DNA of 64,000 nucleotides from Myxococcota bacterium (lineage in GTDB: Bacteria > Myxococcota_A > SURF-8 > G963663525), in contig CAXXVK010000035.1 of the NCBI GenBank assembly GCA_963676915.2, positions 84,905-148,904 on the forward strand. Reading direction: 5' to 3'. A model generated the notes under the pieces. That model ran no database searches, was not told where the DNA came from, and saw only the letters and a program-made list of their open reading frames with translations. Each line of letters begins with the position of its first letter. Position 1 is the first letter of the stretch. Positions 42,246 to 50,909 of the stretch are shown in pieces. A program made the translations under genes and the position numbers.

Positions 42246-42821
42246 TCACATAATCAGTTTTTGCAGAGTTTTGAACTCGGGCGTTCCCGCTTTTTCCAGC
42301 CATTGAAACAACACGGCCTCGGTACTGGTAACCGCCGCACCCGCACGACGCATCAGGTCCAGTCCAAGCGGATGATTGTAATCCAGGCGCGAGCAGCAGG
42401 CGTCTTCGACGACGTGTACGTCCCAGTCTTCGGCAAGAAGTTTGAGCACGGTCTGCATCACGCAGATGTGGGTTTCCATTCCGAGCACCACCAGCCGCCG
42501 CCGATCTTTGTGGCTGCGCAGACTGCTCATGAAATCCGCTTCGGCCGTGGCGGGAAAGGCGATTTTTTCGACGACGGGCGTTTTCGTGGTGTCCATCCAC
42601 TGCGACAGCTCGGGCAGCGTGCCACCCAATCCCTTGGGATATTGCTCGGAAACCGTTATCGGTACGCCAAGTTGCATCGCCGCCCGGATGAGAATCACGC
42701 TGTTGTTGCGAACCATTTCCTGGCGCTCGGGAGGCATGATGCGAAAGAGTTTGTCCTGAATATCGATAACGAGCAGTTGCGATTCGTCACAGGAAAGCAC
42801 TTTGTCGGCCCAATCGTTCAC
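42246..42821 (-). CDS. isochorismatase-family hydrolase
   Basis: LLVIDIQDKL, SEQYPKGLG, GMETHICVMQT, VVEDACCSR. Confidence 0.92.
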   Translation of the reverse strand: MNDWADKVLSCDESQLLVIDIQDKLFRIMPPERQEMVRNNSVILIRAAMQLGVPITVSEQYPKGLGGTLPELSQWMDTTKTPVVEKIAFPATAEADFMSSLRSHKDRRRLVVLGMETHICVMQTVLKLLAEDWDVHVVEDACCSRLDYNHPLGLDLMRRAGAAVTSTEAVLFQWLEKAGTPEFKTLQKLIM

Positions 42822-42888
42822 GGGTCGTTCCTTTCGTGAATAAAGTTATTTCATCTATACTATCAAACAGTTGTGCTGTTTTTAAGTA

Positions 42889-42959
42889 GTAGGTCGGGTG
42901 ATTTTCCCCGACACATAAGGGTATTTTCGAAAATTGTCGGGTGAAATCACCCGACCTGC
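42889..42959. repeat. GTAG-REP inverted doublet overlapping the stop of the methyltransferase gene
   Basis: GTAGGTCGGGTGATTTTCCCCGAC ... GTCGGGTGAAATCACCCGACCTGC; linker similar to 37048-37070. Confidence 0.8.
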
Positions 42960-44035
42960 CTTTTCTCGGAATACCAGCGTTCTCCCCGCGCTTTTTTTCG
43001 CAAAGGTCCAACCACCGGCAGACGTTGAAGTCCCTCGTCGGTACAGCAGATGCGCACCGGTCCTTCATCACCCGGCAGCGAGTCCGAGACGAGCCGCCCC
43101 CACATCGTTTTTTCTCGTTGGGGAGCATCGGGTTGAACGATCCAGTAGGCGACCGTCAGCCGGTCGTGATCCAGTCCCGTAGCTTCATCGAGTGTAGTCA
43201 TCCATCGTGAACGCGCATAAGGGAACGATCCGTGGCACCAGTCATGACTTCCCCGAGCGTGCAGGGGACAGGATTCGTCATGCGGACACGGTGCGACCGT
43301 GCGCCACTCCGAAAAGCTGGTTTTGAGACTCATCAAGCGGGTGGACAGATCCTTCGTGCCCGGTTCGATCAACACAAGCAATCCACCGGGAGCAAGCAGG
43401 TCCGCCGCTTTGTGTAAGAACGGTATTGTTTTTTTAGGAAATCCGACCAGTTCGCTCATGCTGTTGGCGGCGATGATGACATCGAAACCATGTTCCATAT
43501 TGGGACCGGAAGGCAAACTTCGCGAAAGATCGTGCCGAATCGGAATAATTTTCGGAGCGGACGGCGCTTCGGCCAGCAACTCTCCCGCCGTTTTCAAGGC
43601 AGGATTCGAGCGATCCACCAGAACGCAGCGCGGAGGCGGGCCGTCGGCATCCGGGGCGAGAACGTCCAGCACTCCCGCCATGGCGGCACCGGTTCCCGAA
43701 CCGAGATCCAGAAGGTTCAGGGATCTCGTCTTGCGAGCTTCTCGGATCGGAGCCAAGGCTTCTTCCGCCTGTTGCAGTACCGCCGCCGCCCGATCGGCGT
43801 TGAGCAAACCGAAATGTCCCATGTAGGCGCTCAACAGGCGTTTGTCCTGCAAATACGCCGGAGGCAGCGATTCCCGCTCGTGGTTGAATGCATAGCTGAG
43901 CTTGAGCACACCAGGAGCCAGCGCACGCGCCAGAGCTTTGAGCGATCCGCCTTTTTTGACGCGTGCCGGAATCTGCCGCCTAAGCCGCGAAAGCGTGGCG
44001 CGTTCCCACCAATCGATGGAAGAGATCGGTTTCAT
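42947..44035 (-). CDS. SAM-dependent methyltransferase, Rsm22-like
   Basis: LLDLGSGTG, LAPGGLLVLIEPGT, APCPH..CP......DWCH Cys cluster typical of Rsm22. Confidence 0.85.
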   Translation of the reverse strand: MKPISSIDWWERATLSRLRRQIPARVKKGGSLKALARALAPGVLKLSYAFNHERESLPPAYLQDKRLLSAYMGHFGLLNADRAAAVLQQAEEALAPIREARKTRSLNLLDLGSGTGAAMAGVLDVLAPDADGPPPRCVLVDRSNPALKTAGELLAEAPSAPKIIPIRHDLSRSLPSGPNMEHGFDVIIAANSMSELVGFPKKTIPFLHKAADLLAPGGLLVLIEPGTKDLSTRLMSLKTSFSEWRTVAPCPHDESCPLHARGSHDWCHGSFPYARSRWMTTLDEATGLDHDRLTVAYWIVQPDAPQREKTMWGRLVSDSLPGDEGPVRICCTDEGLQRLPVVGPLRKKARGERWYSEKRQVG

Positions 44036-44042
44036 GGTAGCC

Positions 44043-44507
44043 TTAAAGTTTCGTGAAATCGACCTCGTACAACTCGTATCCGGGTCGTTCCATACCGAGA
44101 TCGGCGTAGACCTTCTGTGCCTTGTCATTTTTTTCGAAAACGTACAGACGCAAACCGCAAACTTCCGGGTCTTCTTCCGCTTTTTCCTTCAAATAGCCGT
44201 AAAGAGAGGAAAAAACACCCTTTTCCCGCCATGCAGGATCGACGAAGACCGATTGAATCCACCAAAACAGGCCGTTTCGCCAATCGCTCCATTCGTAGGT
44301 GATCATCAGTTGACCCACGATGACGCCATCCGACTCGGCCAGCAGATAAAATCCCCGCGAAGGGTTGTTGAACACTGCGGAGACACCCAAAAGAGAGGTC
44401 TGCTCGTCCAACTCGATGTTTTCGGTTTCTTTGGCCGTGGCACGGTTGTTTTTGGCAATAATGTCCCGGTCGCCCGGTCCGGCCCAGCGAATAAGAAGAT
44501 CCTCCAT
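44043..44507 (-). CDS. GNAT N-acetyltransferase
   Basis: ITYEWSDWRNG, IQSVFVDPAWREKGVF, LRLYV...N..AQ.VY..LG; RBS GAGG. Confidence 0.92.
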   Translation of the reverse strand: MEDLLIRWAGPGDRDIIAKNNRATAKETENIELDEQTSLLGVSAVFNNPSRGFYLLAESDGVIVGQLMITYEWSDWRNGLFWWIQSVFVDPAWREKGVFSSLYGYLKEKAEEDPEVCGLRLYVFEKNDKAQKVYADLGMERPGYELYEVDFTKL

Positions 44508-44764
44508 GTCAACCTCGTTGATTTCCGATGTACTTACAACTTTCCCGCACGAGGCGTAACACAACGAAGCTCCGAAAACAAGAGCGCTTTTTCGGTTTTC
44601 GATCCGTGGAGGAAAATTTTTGACAGGTCGGAAGACGGAATCCTCGGAGGAACGTTGGCATGTCAGAGTCGATTCTCCATAAGTTTTCCGAGTGTGGCAC
44701 AAATCGAAAGCTTGACGTATAATCCATCCCAATCCACAAGATCGGACTTCCCGAGTTTCTCTCA

Positions 44765-46693
44765 ATGCAGAAGTCGGTCGCTAGGACAATCATCGAAGAA
44801 GTTTCCGCCTTATTCCAACCCGTGAAGGGAGGACCATGGCTTGCTACGATTGGAAGCATCAAGCAATCGGTAGGAGAGGCTCTCAACATCTTCTCTCTCT
44901 CCACTATTGAACCCATGATGGAAAACTTGCAGGAAAGTTTTTGGAGTGTTTTTTGTGTTTTGGTGTTTTTGTACGTTCTTTTTGCCCTGTCTTTCGGTTT
45001 TTTAGACCAATTTTCGCGGAGAAAAGGCTTCGTGCGATGGGTGGGGGTCGTCTTGCTGATGACTTCAGCCTGGTTTGTCGGAGCAATGGGTCTTTTGCCG
45101 GTGGATTGGATCGTACCCATTCATGTGGTAGGAGCTGTGGAACTTCCGGATATGCTGCTTGGAAAGGCGGTACATTGCGGAAAATGCTGGCTTTTCTTGA
45201 GTCATCTCAGCCCGGAAGGAGTCGCCCCTTTGAGAATCGTGGTGGCGGCGAACCTGTTTTTTGCTGTTTTGAACATCGGATTTCTTTTTCATTTCAGCCG
45301 ACGTACCACGCACTCTGCCCTACAAGCGTTGTTTTTTACAGCTCTGTTCGCTACGCTTCCGACTTTTCGGATCACGGCGTTTTCCGAATTCCCAACCCAG
45401 TTCACGATCTTTTTGACGTTTTTTGGCGCGGCATCGATCGAAAAATACGCTTCGGAGCGTTCCACGTCGGTTCGTAGGTTTTTATTCGTGTTTTTCAACC
45501 TTCTCGCGGTTACGATTTTAGCGACGTTGACACGTCAGGAATTCATAGTTCCTGGAATGCTCACCCTTGTGGTTTTCGCTTTCGTTCATGCCTGCGGCGT
45601 CAAACGTATCGAAGCGTTTCACGTGAAATGTCGGGAGGTTTTGCGTGGGGTCGTGAGCCTGAAGCTACGGTCGATCCTGTGGGTAGCCGTCGTGGTTCTC
45701 GGAGGCTCGATCGCTTTCGGAATCTATTGGACCTTCATTCACTCTGTCGCCATTCCTTTTGCCAAGACGTGGACCCAAGGGATGCCGTCGGTTTGGCTTG
45801 TTGATGCGTTGCATGTTTTTTCGGGTCGAAATCCCGAATGGTTCACGTTTGGGGAGACTTTGAAAGCCGTATTGCTGGTTGTTCCACCGGGTTTCGGTCT
45901 GTTTGCGGCGTTGGGTGCGATTGTTGCGCTGTTTCGATGGAATCGTTGGCTTTTTTTGCCGGTTTCATGCGCTTTTCTCGTCGTGCTCTACTTCAGTGCC
46001 GGAGCAAGACAGCTTCACGATTTGCTACGTTTGTTCAGCATGTTGCTTGGGATGTTCATACTGTTCGGTTTGCTTGGTTTCGGTGTTTTGGAAAAGCTTT
46101 TGCAGCGTTTGGGTAAGCGAACGGGGCGCATCATCGCATTGGCGATATTCACTTCTTTTTTCGTCATCGACTATCCTTCCTGGCAGGAGATGCTCGAGAG
46201 TCCGCAAGCCGTTTCCGAAACTCTTTCCGACTATCACAGTGATTGGTTGCTTGATTCCGACAATCAGTACATCGTGCGGTACATGTTGGATGTCGCGGAC
46301 CGGAATCCCACCTGCACGTATGCTCAAACCGCTCGGCCATTCGGGCAACCTCGGCAAATTCAGAATAAAGTCTGGCAGCTATGGAATTTACGAAACAAAT
46401 TCATGCACACACTGCGAGATGACGGTGACGACTCGGCAGAGATACCGACGTGGATACTCGACAACAAGGATTGCCTTATTTACGTTCATTTACCCGAAGC
46501 CGATCCAGATCTCCCTGCCCGCTGGAAATCACGCTGCCTGACATTGAAAAGCGAACGAGTCTTTCGAGCGCGTCCGTATCAAGGAGGATTGCGAGTATCG
46601 ATTCCTCCACAATATCAAGGGGAATTTCATCGTTTGGCAACGTATGAAGTCGATACGTCACGCGAGGAATGCCTGACCCTCCCCAAACCATAG
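44765..46693 (+). CDS. polytopic membrane protein of unknown function (possibly GT-C-like); start uncertain
   Basis: 642-aa ORF with about 11-12 hydrophobic segments and a soluble C-terminal domain; no recognisable motif. Confidence 0.55.
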   Translation: MQKSVARTIIEEVSALFQPVKGGPWLATIGSIKQSVGEALNIFSLSTIEPMMENLQESFWSVFCVLVFLYVLFALSFGFLDQFSRRKGFVRWVGVVLLMTSAWFVGAMGLLPVDWIVPIHVVGAVELPDMLLGKAVHCGKCWLFLSHLSPEGVAPLRIVVAANLFFAVLNIGFLFHFSRRTTHSALQALFFTALFATLPTFRITAFSEFPTQFTIFLTFFGAASIEKYASERSTSVRRFLFVFFNLLAVTILATLTRQEFIVPGMLTLVVFAFVHACGVKRIEAFHVKCREVLRGVVSLKLRSILWVAVVVLGGSIAFGIYWTFIHSVAIPFAKTWTQGMPSVWLVDALHVFSGRNPEWFTFGETLKAVLLVVPPGFGLFAALGAIVALFRWNRWLFLPVSCAFLVVLYFSAGARQLHDLLRLFSMLLGMFILFGLLGFGVLEKLLQRLGKRTGRIIALAIFTSFFVIDYPSWQEMLESPQAVSETLSDYHSDWLLDSDNQYIVRYMLDVADRNPTCTYAQTARPFGQPRQIQNKVWQLWNLRNKFMHTLRDDGDDSAEIPTWILDNKDCLIYVHLPEADPDLPARWKSRCLTLKSERVFRARPYQGGLRVSIPPQYQGEFHRLATYEVDTSREECLTLPKP

Positions 46694-46858
46694 CAGAGAA
46701 AAATATTAATGTTTCTCACGACTTCCGGGGTGGTAGGTGGAAAATCCTCCGGTCCTGTTGAAGAAGCTGGATTGCAACCTGCTTTGAATACCGGGGATGC
46801 AATCCCAGTCCATCATCAGACAAATTGATCCCTTGCGGTTTCAATTCGTCAATACCCC

Positions 46859-47317
46859 TTACGCCACATCGATCCGTCTGTCGGATTTTTCCGCAACGGC
46901 TTCGAGCAACTCGCCGAGATGAGGCATGGTGTCGTATCGTGAGAGGTGCAAGGGCGAGATCCACAAGAACTCGTCGTTTTCCCAATCGAGCTTGACTCGG
47001 GCTTTGTTGGAGACTTCGAACAGGAACGTATGGACCTTCCAACAGCGGTCTTTTCGTTGATTGTCGGCGTAGCGTCGAGGGGCGAGCTTGGCTAAAAGTT
47101 TCAGTTTTTCCCGCTGGATACCGGTTTCTTCCTCGATTTCCAGAAAAGTCTGCTCCAAAGGGTCGTCGAGATCCAAAAAGCCGTGGATTCCTCCCCAGCG
47201 CTGGGGGAACGAGGGCATGTCCGCGCTGCGGCGCAAAATGAGCACTTCACGACCTCGCACGAGAAACCCGAGCACAACCGCCAACTCTTCGATATCTGCG
47301 CAAAACTCCTGATTCAA
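46859..47317 (-). CDS. NUDIX hydrolase
   Basis: Nudix-box-like G.....DPLEQTFLEIEEETGI; VLILRRS, LDWEN; start tentative (TTG); the longer listed ORF overlaps the upstream gene out of frame. Confidence 0.8.
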   Translation of the reverse strand: MNQEFCADIEELAVVLGFLVRGREVLILRRSADMPSFPQRWGGIHGFLDLDDPLEQTFLEIEEETGIQREKLKLLAKLAPRRYADNQRKDRCWKVHTFLFEVSNKARVKLDWENDEFLWISPLHLSRYDTMPHLGELLEAVAEKSDRRIDVA

Positions 47318-47321
47318 GCCG

Positions 47322-48593
47322 TTATTTTTCTCCCGTAGCCACGCAATATCCGAAAACACAGGTTTCCCCGGTGTCGCAATCCACGTCGCGCGTGCAGCGG
47401 TCCGCCGGTCCGTCGAGGAAGCACGTTCCTCCCAGGCAGATCCCGCCATTGCAATCGGCGCTCGACATGCAAGGACCACCCGCCTCGAACGACGTTCCCA
47501 GACACAATCCTGCGATGCAGTACTGGCCGATGTCGCAATCCCACTCCGATTCACAGGTATCCGGGATTTCCAGACTACCCGTACCGACACAGACATTACC
47601 GATGCAACTTTGTTCCTCGCCGCAATCGTCGTGATTTTCGCAGCTTTGGGTGTCGCCTTCCGGCATACACAGTCCGGCGATGCAGCGCATTCCGGTGATA
47701 CAGCCGTTGTCGCTTTGGCAGGTGCGGTAGTCTCCATGTACGCAAACCCGCTCCCGGCAATAGAACCCGGCCGGGCAGTCGGCACCGAACAGCTCCGGCG
47801 TACAGCCTCCGGCGAAAGCCGAACCGCAATAGCCGTCGATGCAGGCATAGCCGGTCGGACAATCGACGGTGTACTTGCAACGAAGCTCTACATCGCCGTT
47901 GCAGACGTTGTCCACGCAGGATTGTCCCGGCAGACAGTCGTCTTCGGTTTCGCATTCCATGTCGGTCCCGAGACAGTAGCCGAACAGACAGGCTTGGTTT
48001 CCCACGCAATCTTCGGCGGTTTCGCATTCCCGCTCGGAGGCGTCGGGATTTTCCACGTCTCCGGTATCCACACAGAATCCGAAGACGCACTGGCCTCCTT
48101 CCTCGCCGCAATCTTCACCGGTATCGCATTGACCGCCATCCACACCGACATCTTCGACACAAAGGTTGTTTACACAAACGCCCGCATTGTCGCAGTCGTC
48201 GTTGGTTTCGCATTCGGTGTCGGTCAGACCGGGAATCGCAATGCAACTTCCGGCAAGACACACGCCGCCCGAGCAGTCGTCGTTCGTCGAACAGGCCGCG
48301 TTGCAGGTGGCGTCTTTATCCACACAGGTTCCCGAGCAGCATTTGATCGAGTTCGGATTGCCGCAATCGGAGGTGGAGGAACAATAGGATGGAATGCAGG
48401 AAGCCAGTACGGTACAGGAGCCGGATTCGGAGCAGTTTTCTCCGTACACCAGACAGGATTCCCCGAACGAACAGGCGTTTTGCGCGTCGCAAAGCCTACC
48501 AACCGTGCTCAATCCCAGTCCCGAATTCAACGTATCGCAGGACAACAGCAGCAGCGGGAGCAAAACCAGTCCCACTAACGGAGCGTGGCGCAT
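47322..48593 (-). CDS. Cys-rich repeat lipoprotein
   Basis: Lipobox LLLSC; about 14 C-x2-(D/N/E)xDC-x4/5-C-x2-G-x-C modules. Confidence 0.8.
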   Translation of the reverse strand: MRHAPLVGLVLLPLLLLSCDTLNSGLGLSTVGRLCDAQNACSFGESCLVYGENCSESGSCTVLASCIPSYCSSTSDCGNPNSIKCCSGTCVDKDATCNAACSTNDDCSGGVCLAGSCIAIPGLTDTECETNDDCDNAGVCVNNLCVEDVGVDGGQCDTGEDCGEEGGQCVFGFCVDTGDVENPDASERECETAEDCVGNQACLFGYCLGTDMECETEDDCLPGQSCVDNVCNGDVELRCKYTVDCPTGYACIDGYCGSAFAGGCTPELFGADCPAGFYCRERVCVHGDYRTCQSDNGCITGMRCIAGLCMPEGDTQSCENHDDCGEEQSCIGNVCVGTGSLEIPDTCESEWDCDIGQYCIAGLCLGTSFEAGGPCMSSADCNGGICLGGTCFLDGPADRCTRDVDCDTGETCVFGYCVATGEK

Positions 48594-48986
48594 GACGATC
48601 TCCCTTGAAAAAGACGAAATTCCGCTTGCTTTCAGAGTACTTCAGCAGGGTTTCGGGTGTCAAGCCGAGAGAAGTTCTTGAATGGACGATTCCAATCAGG
48701 GAAACCTTGCTCCTTTCGGTGTCACGGGACAAGGTTTACGATGGGATGGTATTCCATCCTGCTTCGGTTATCCGATCGGCCTTATCCTTTTCTTCCGCCC
48801 CTGTGCCGGAAAGATTCGAACATTTCGTTGAACCGAACGAAAAGCCGTGGTATCCGCAAAGGATATCCGTCGTTTCGATTTCGGTGAAAAGCCCGAGATT
48901 GACAAGAGAAAAACGGCGAAATATGCTCGCATTGTCGAAACGAATGAAAATCGCGATTGGAAAACCCTGAACCTAGGGAGAGAATC

Positions 48987-50909
48987 ATGTCTAACACGAA
49001 CGTTCGATGGAGCTTTTGGCTCATTTTCGCGTTGGTTTCCTTTATTGTCCTGCCGGCACATGCCGCACAGTGGACCGAGATCCAGCCCAGCGCCGGAGCC
49101 ACGGTCGGCGATGGCAACACGATGATCGCCGTGGATGTGGCCGGAGGGGATATCTACGTTTTGCTGCCGGGACAGGACTCGTCCGGTAACGACTCGCTTT
49201 TACTAATGAAAAGCATCAACGACGGAAAAACCTTCGGAAACATCGATTTGGCGCAAAAAGTGCCGGAGGCGCAGATTTTCATCCTGTCCGGGATCGAATT
49301 CGTCAACGAAGATTTCGGTCTGGCCGCCGGGTTCGCTTTGGGTGCCGCGAGTATCTACAAGGTTACGGCTGGCGGAAACACCTGGACACCCATCCTGTTG
49401 CAGTCCAATCCCATGTGTTTCATTCCGTATTGTCTCGATGCGACCCATTGCTGGTTCGCCTGCGACGATGCCGAGATTATCAGTAGCCACGATGGAGCGA
49501 CCCAATGGGAAAGCGCTTCTTTGGGAAACGATGAATTTCTGATCGAGGATATCTTTTTCCTCGATGCCAATACCGGCTGGGCCGTTGGCGGCAAAACCAC
49601 CACGGACGACAATACGGGAGAAACGACGATCCATTCCGAGGGTGGCGTTTATGCAACCACCAATGGCGGAACGAGCTGGAGCGCTTTGGCCTCCGGGGAA
49701 ACCCGCGTGTACCACGACATTCAAATGCTGACGGCGAGCTTCGGATATGCCATCGTGGAAGAACCCACTTCTTCGGGTTCCATTTACCAGCTTGCCAAAA
49801 GTACCGACGGTGGCCGCACCTGGACGCCTACTCCGCTGACCGCTTCCCATCCCCAAAGCGGGCAGGCGCTGTTTTATTTGTCGGGCGTTCATTTCTTCGA
49901 CGAACAGCACGGCTGGGTGCTTGGCGGCTTCGGTTCCTTCGACAACGGTGCGCTGAACGAAGCGGCGCTTTTGGAAACCACGGACGGCGGGCAGACCTGG
50001 ACGGTTCACACCGCTACCAGGGATGACGGCAGCGCGGCTCGCGGCACCTACATCACGGATTTCGAGATCGTCAACGAAGATTGGGGCGTGGCCGTCGGTG
50101 ATTATCAGGTCGTGATGAAACTCGGAGAAGGTGCGCCGAATGCGGATGGCGACTCGGACGGCGAAGGGGAGGAAGAATACATACCGACGGGTACCTTTGG
50201 CGATCCCTGCCCCGTTCCCCCGGATTTCCTGGGTGTGTACTGCCAGGAAGGACTTCAGTGCATCTGGAACGACGACATGAGCCACTGCACCAAAACCTGT
50301 ACTTCCCACGGCGATTGCGGTGATGGCGTAACCGGTTGTTGCCTCAGCCTGGAAATCAATGGAGAAACGGACCGTTACTGCATTTACGATGCCCCATACG
50401 ATGAATGCTCCGATCTCCAGGACACCATCGATCCGTTCAAGTCCTATACGAAAGCACTTCCCGGCGATGCCTGTGAAACCCAGGAAGATTGCGAACTGAT
50501 CGAAGGCCTGAGCGAGTTCTGTCTGGGTGTCGAGGATGCGAACAATCCGGGAACGATCGCCGAACAATACTGCTCGATGACCTGTGAAACGGATGCCGAC
50601 TGCTACGGACGCCGAACCGGCTGCTGTATCGGCGAGGCGACCGATGGACAGGGAAATCAAGTCCACGTCTGCCAGTTCGGCTCGGTCTGCGAACCGGCTG
50701 TAGACGGCGATGACGACGGCACCGGCTCCGACTATCCCGGTGCGGATGGTGTGGACGACGGTTCGAACCAGCCCGGCGGTTCCTCCCAGACCGATGGCGG
50801 AGGAGGATCGTCCTGCCGGACGCTGCCGTTCGCGGCGGGTTTCCCGCTGTTGCTGGCGGCTCTGTTGCTGGTGATTTCGAGAAAACGGCGCATGTGGAAC
50901 CGAGGGTGA
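48987..50909 (+). CDS. secreted YCF48/BNR Asp-box beta-propeller protein with Cys-rich region and MYXO-CTERM-like anchor
   Basis: Signal peptide ending AHA; repeated (S/T)xDGGxTW boxes; C-terminus GGGGSSC + hydrophobic helix + RKRR. Confidence 0.8.
   Translation: MSNTNVRWSFWLIFALVSFIVLPAHAAQWTEIQPSAGATVGDGNTMIAVDVAGGDIYVLLPGQDSSGNDSLLLMKSINDGKTFGNIDLAQKVPEAQIFILSGIEFVNEDFGLAAGFALGAASIYKVTAGGNTWTPILLQSNPMCFIPYCLDATHCWFACDDAEIISSHDGATQWESASLGNDEFLIEDIFFLDANTGWAVGGKTTTDDNTGETTIHSEGGVYATTNGGTSWSALASGETRVYHDIQMLTASFGYAIVEEPTSSGSIYQLAKSTDGGRTWTPTPLTASHPQSGQALFYLSGVHFFDEQHGWVLGGFGSFDNGALNEAALLETTDGGQTWTVHTATRDDGSAARGTYITDFEIVNEDWGVAVGDYQVVMKLGEGAPNADGDSDGEGEEEYIPTGTFGDPCPVPPDFLGVYCQEGLQCIWNDDMSHCTKTCTSHGDCGDGVTGCCLSLEINGETDRYCIYDAPYDECSDLQDTIDPFKSYTKALPGDACETQEDCELIEGLSEFCLGVEDANNPGTIAEQYCSMTCETDADCYGRRTGCCIGEATDGQGNQVHVCQFGSVCEPAVDGDDDGTGSDYPGADGVDDGSNQPGGSSQTDGGGGSSCRTLPFAAGFPLLLAALLLVISRKRRMWNRG

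Noticed and set aside
46859-47848. 329-aa NUDIX fusion as listed in the ORF track
   Set aside because: The N-terminal 177 codons overlap the Cys-rich lipoprotein out of frame; only the last ~152 aa look real.
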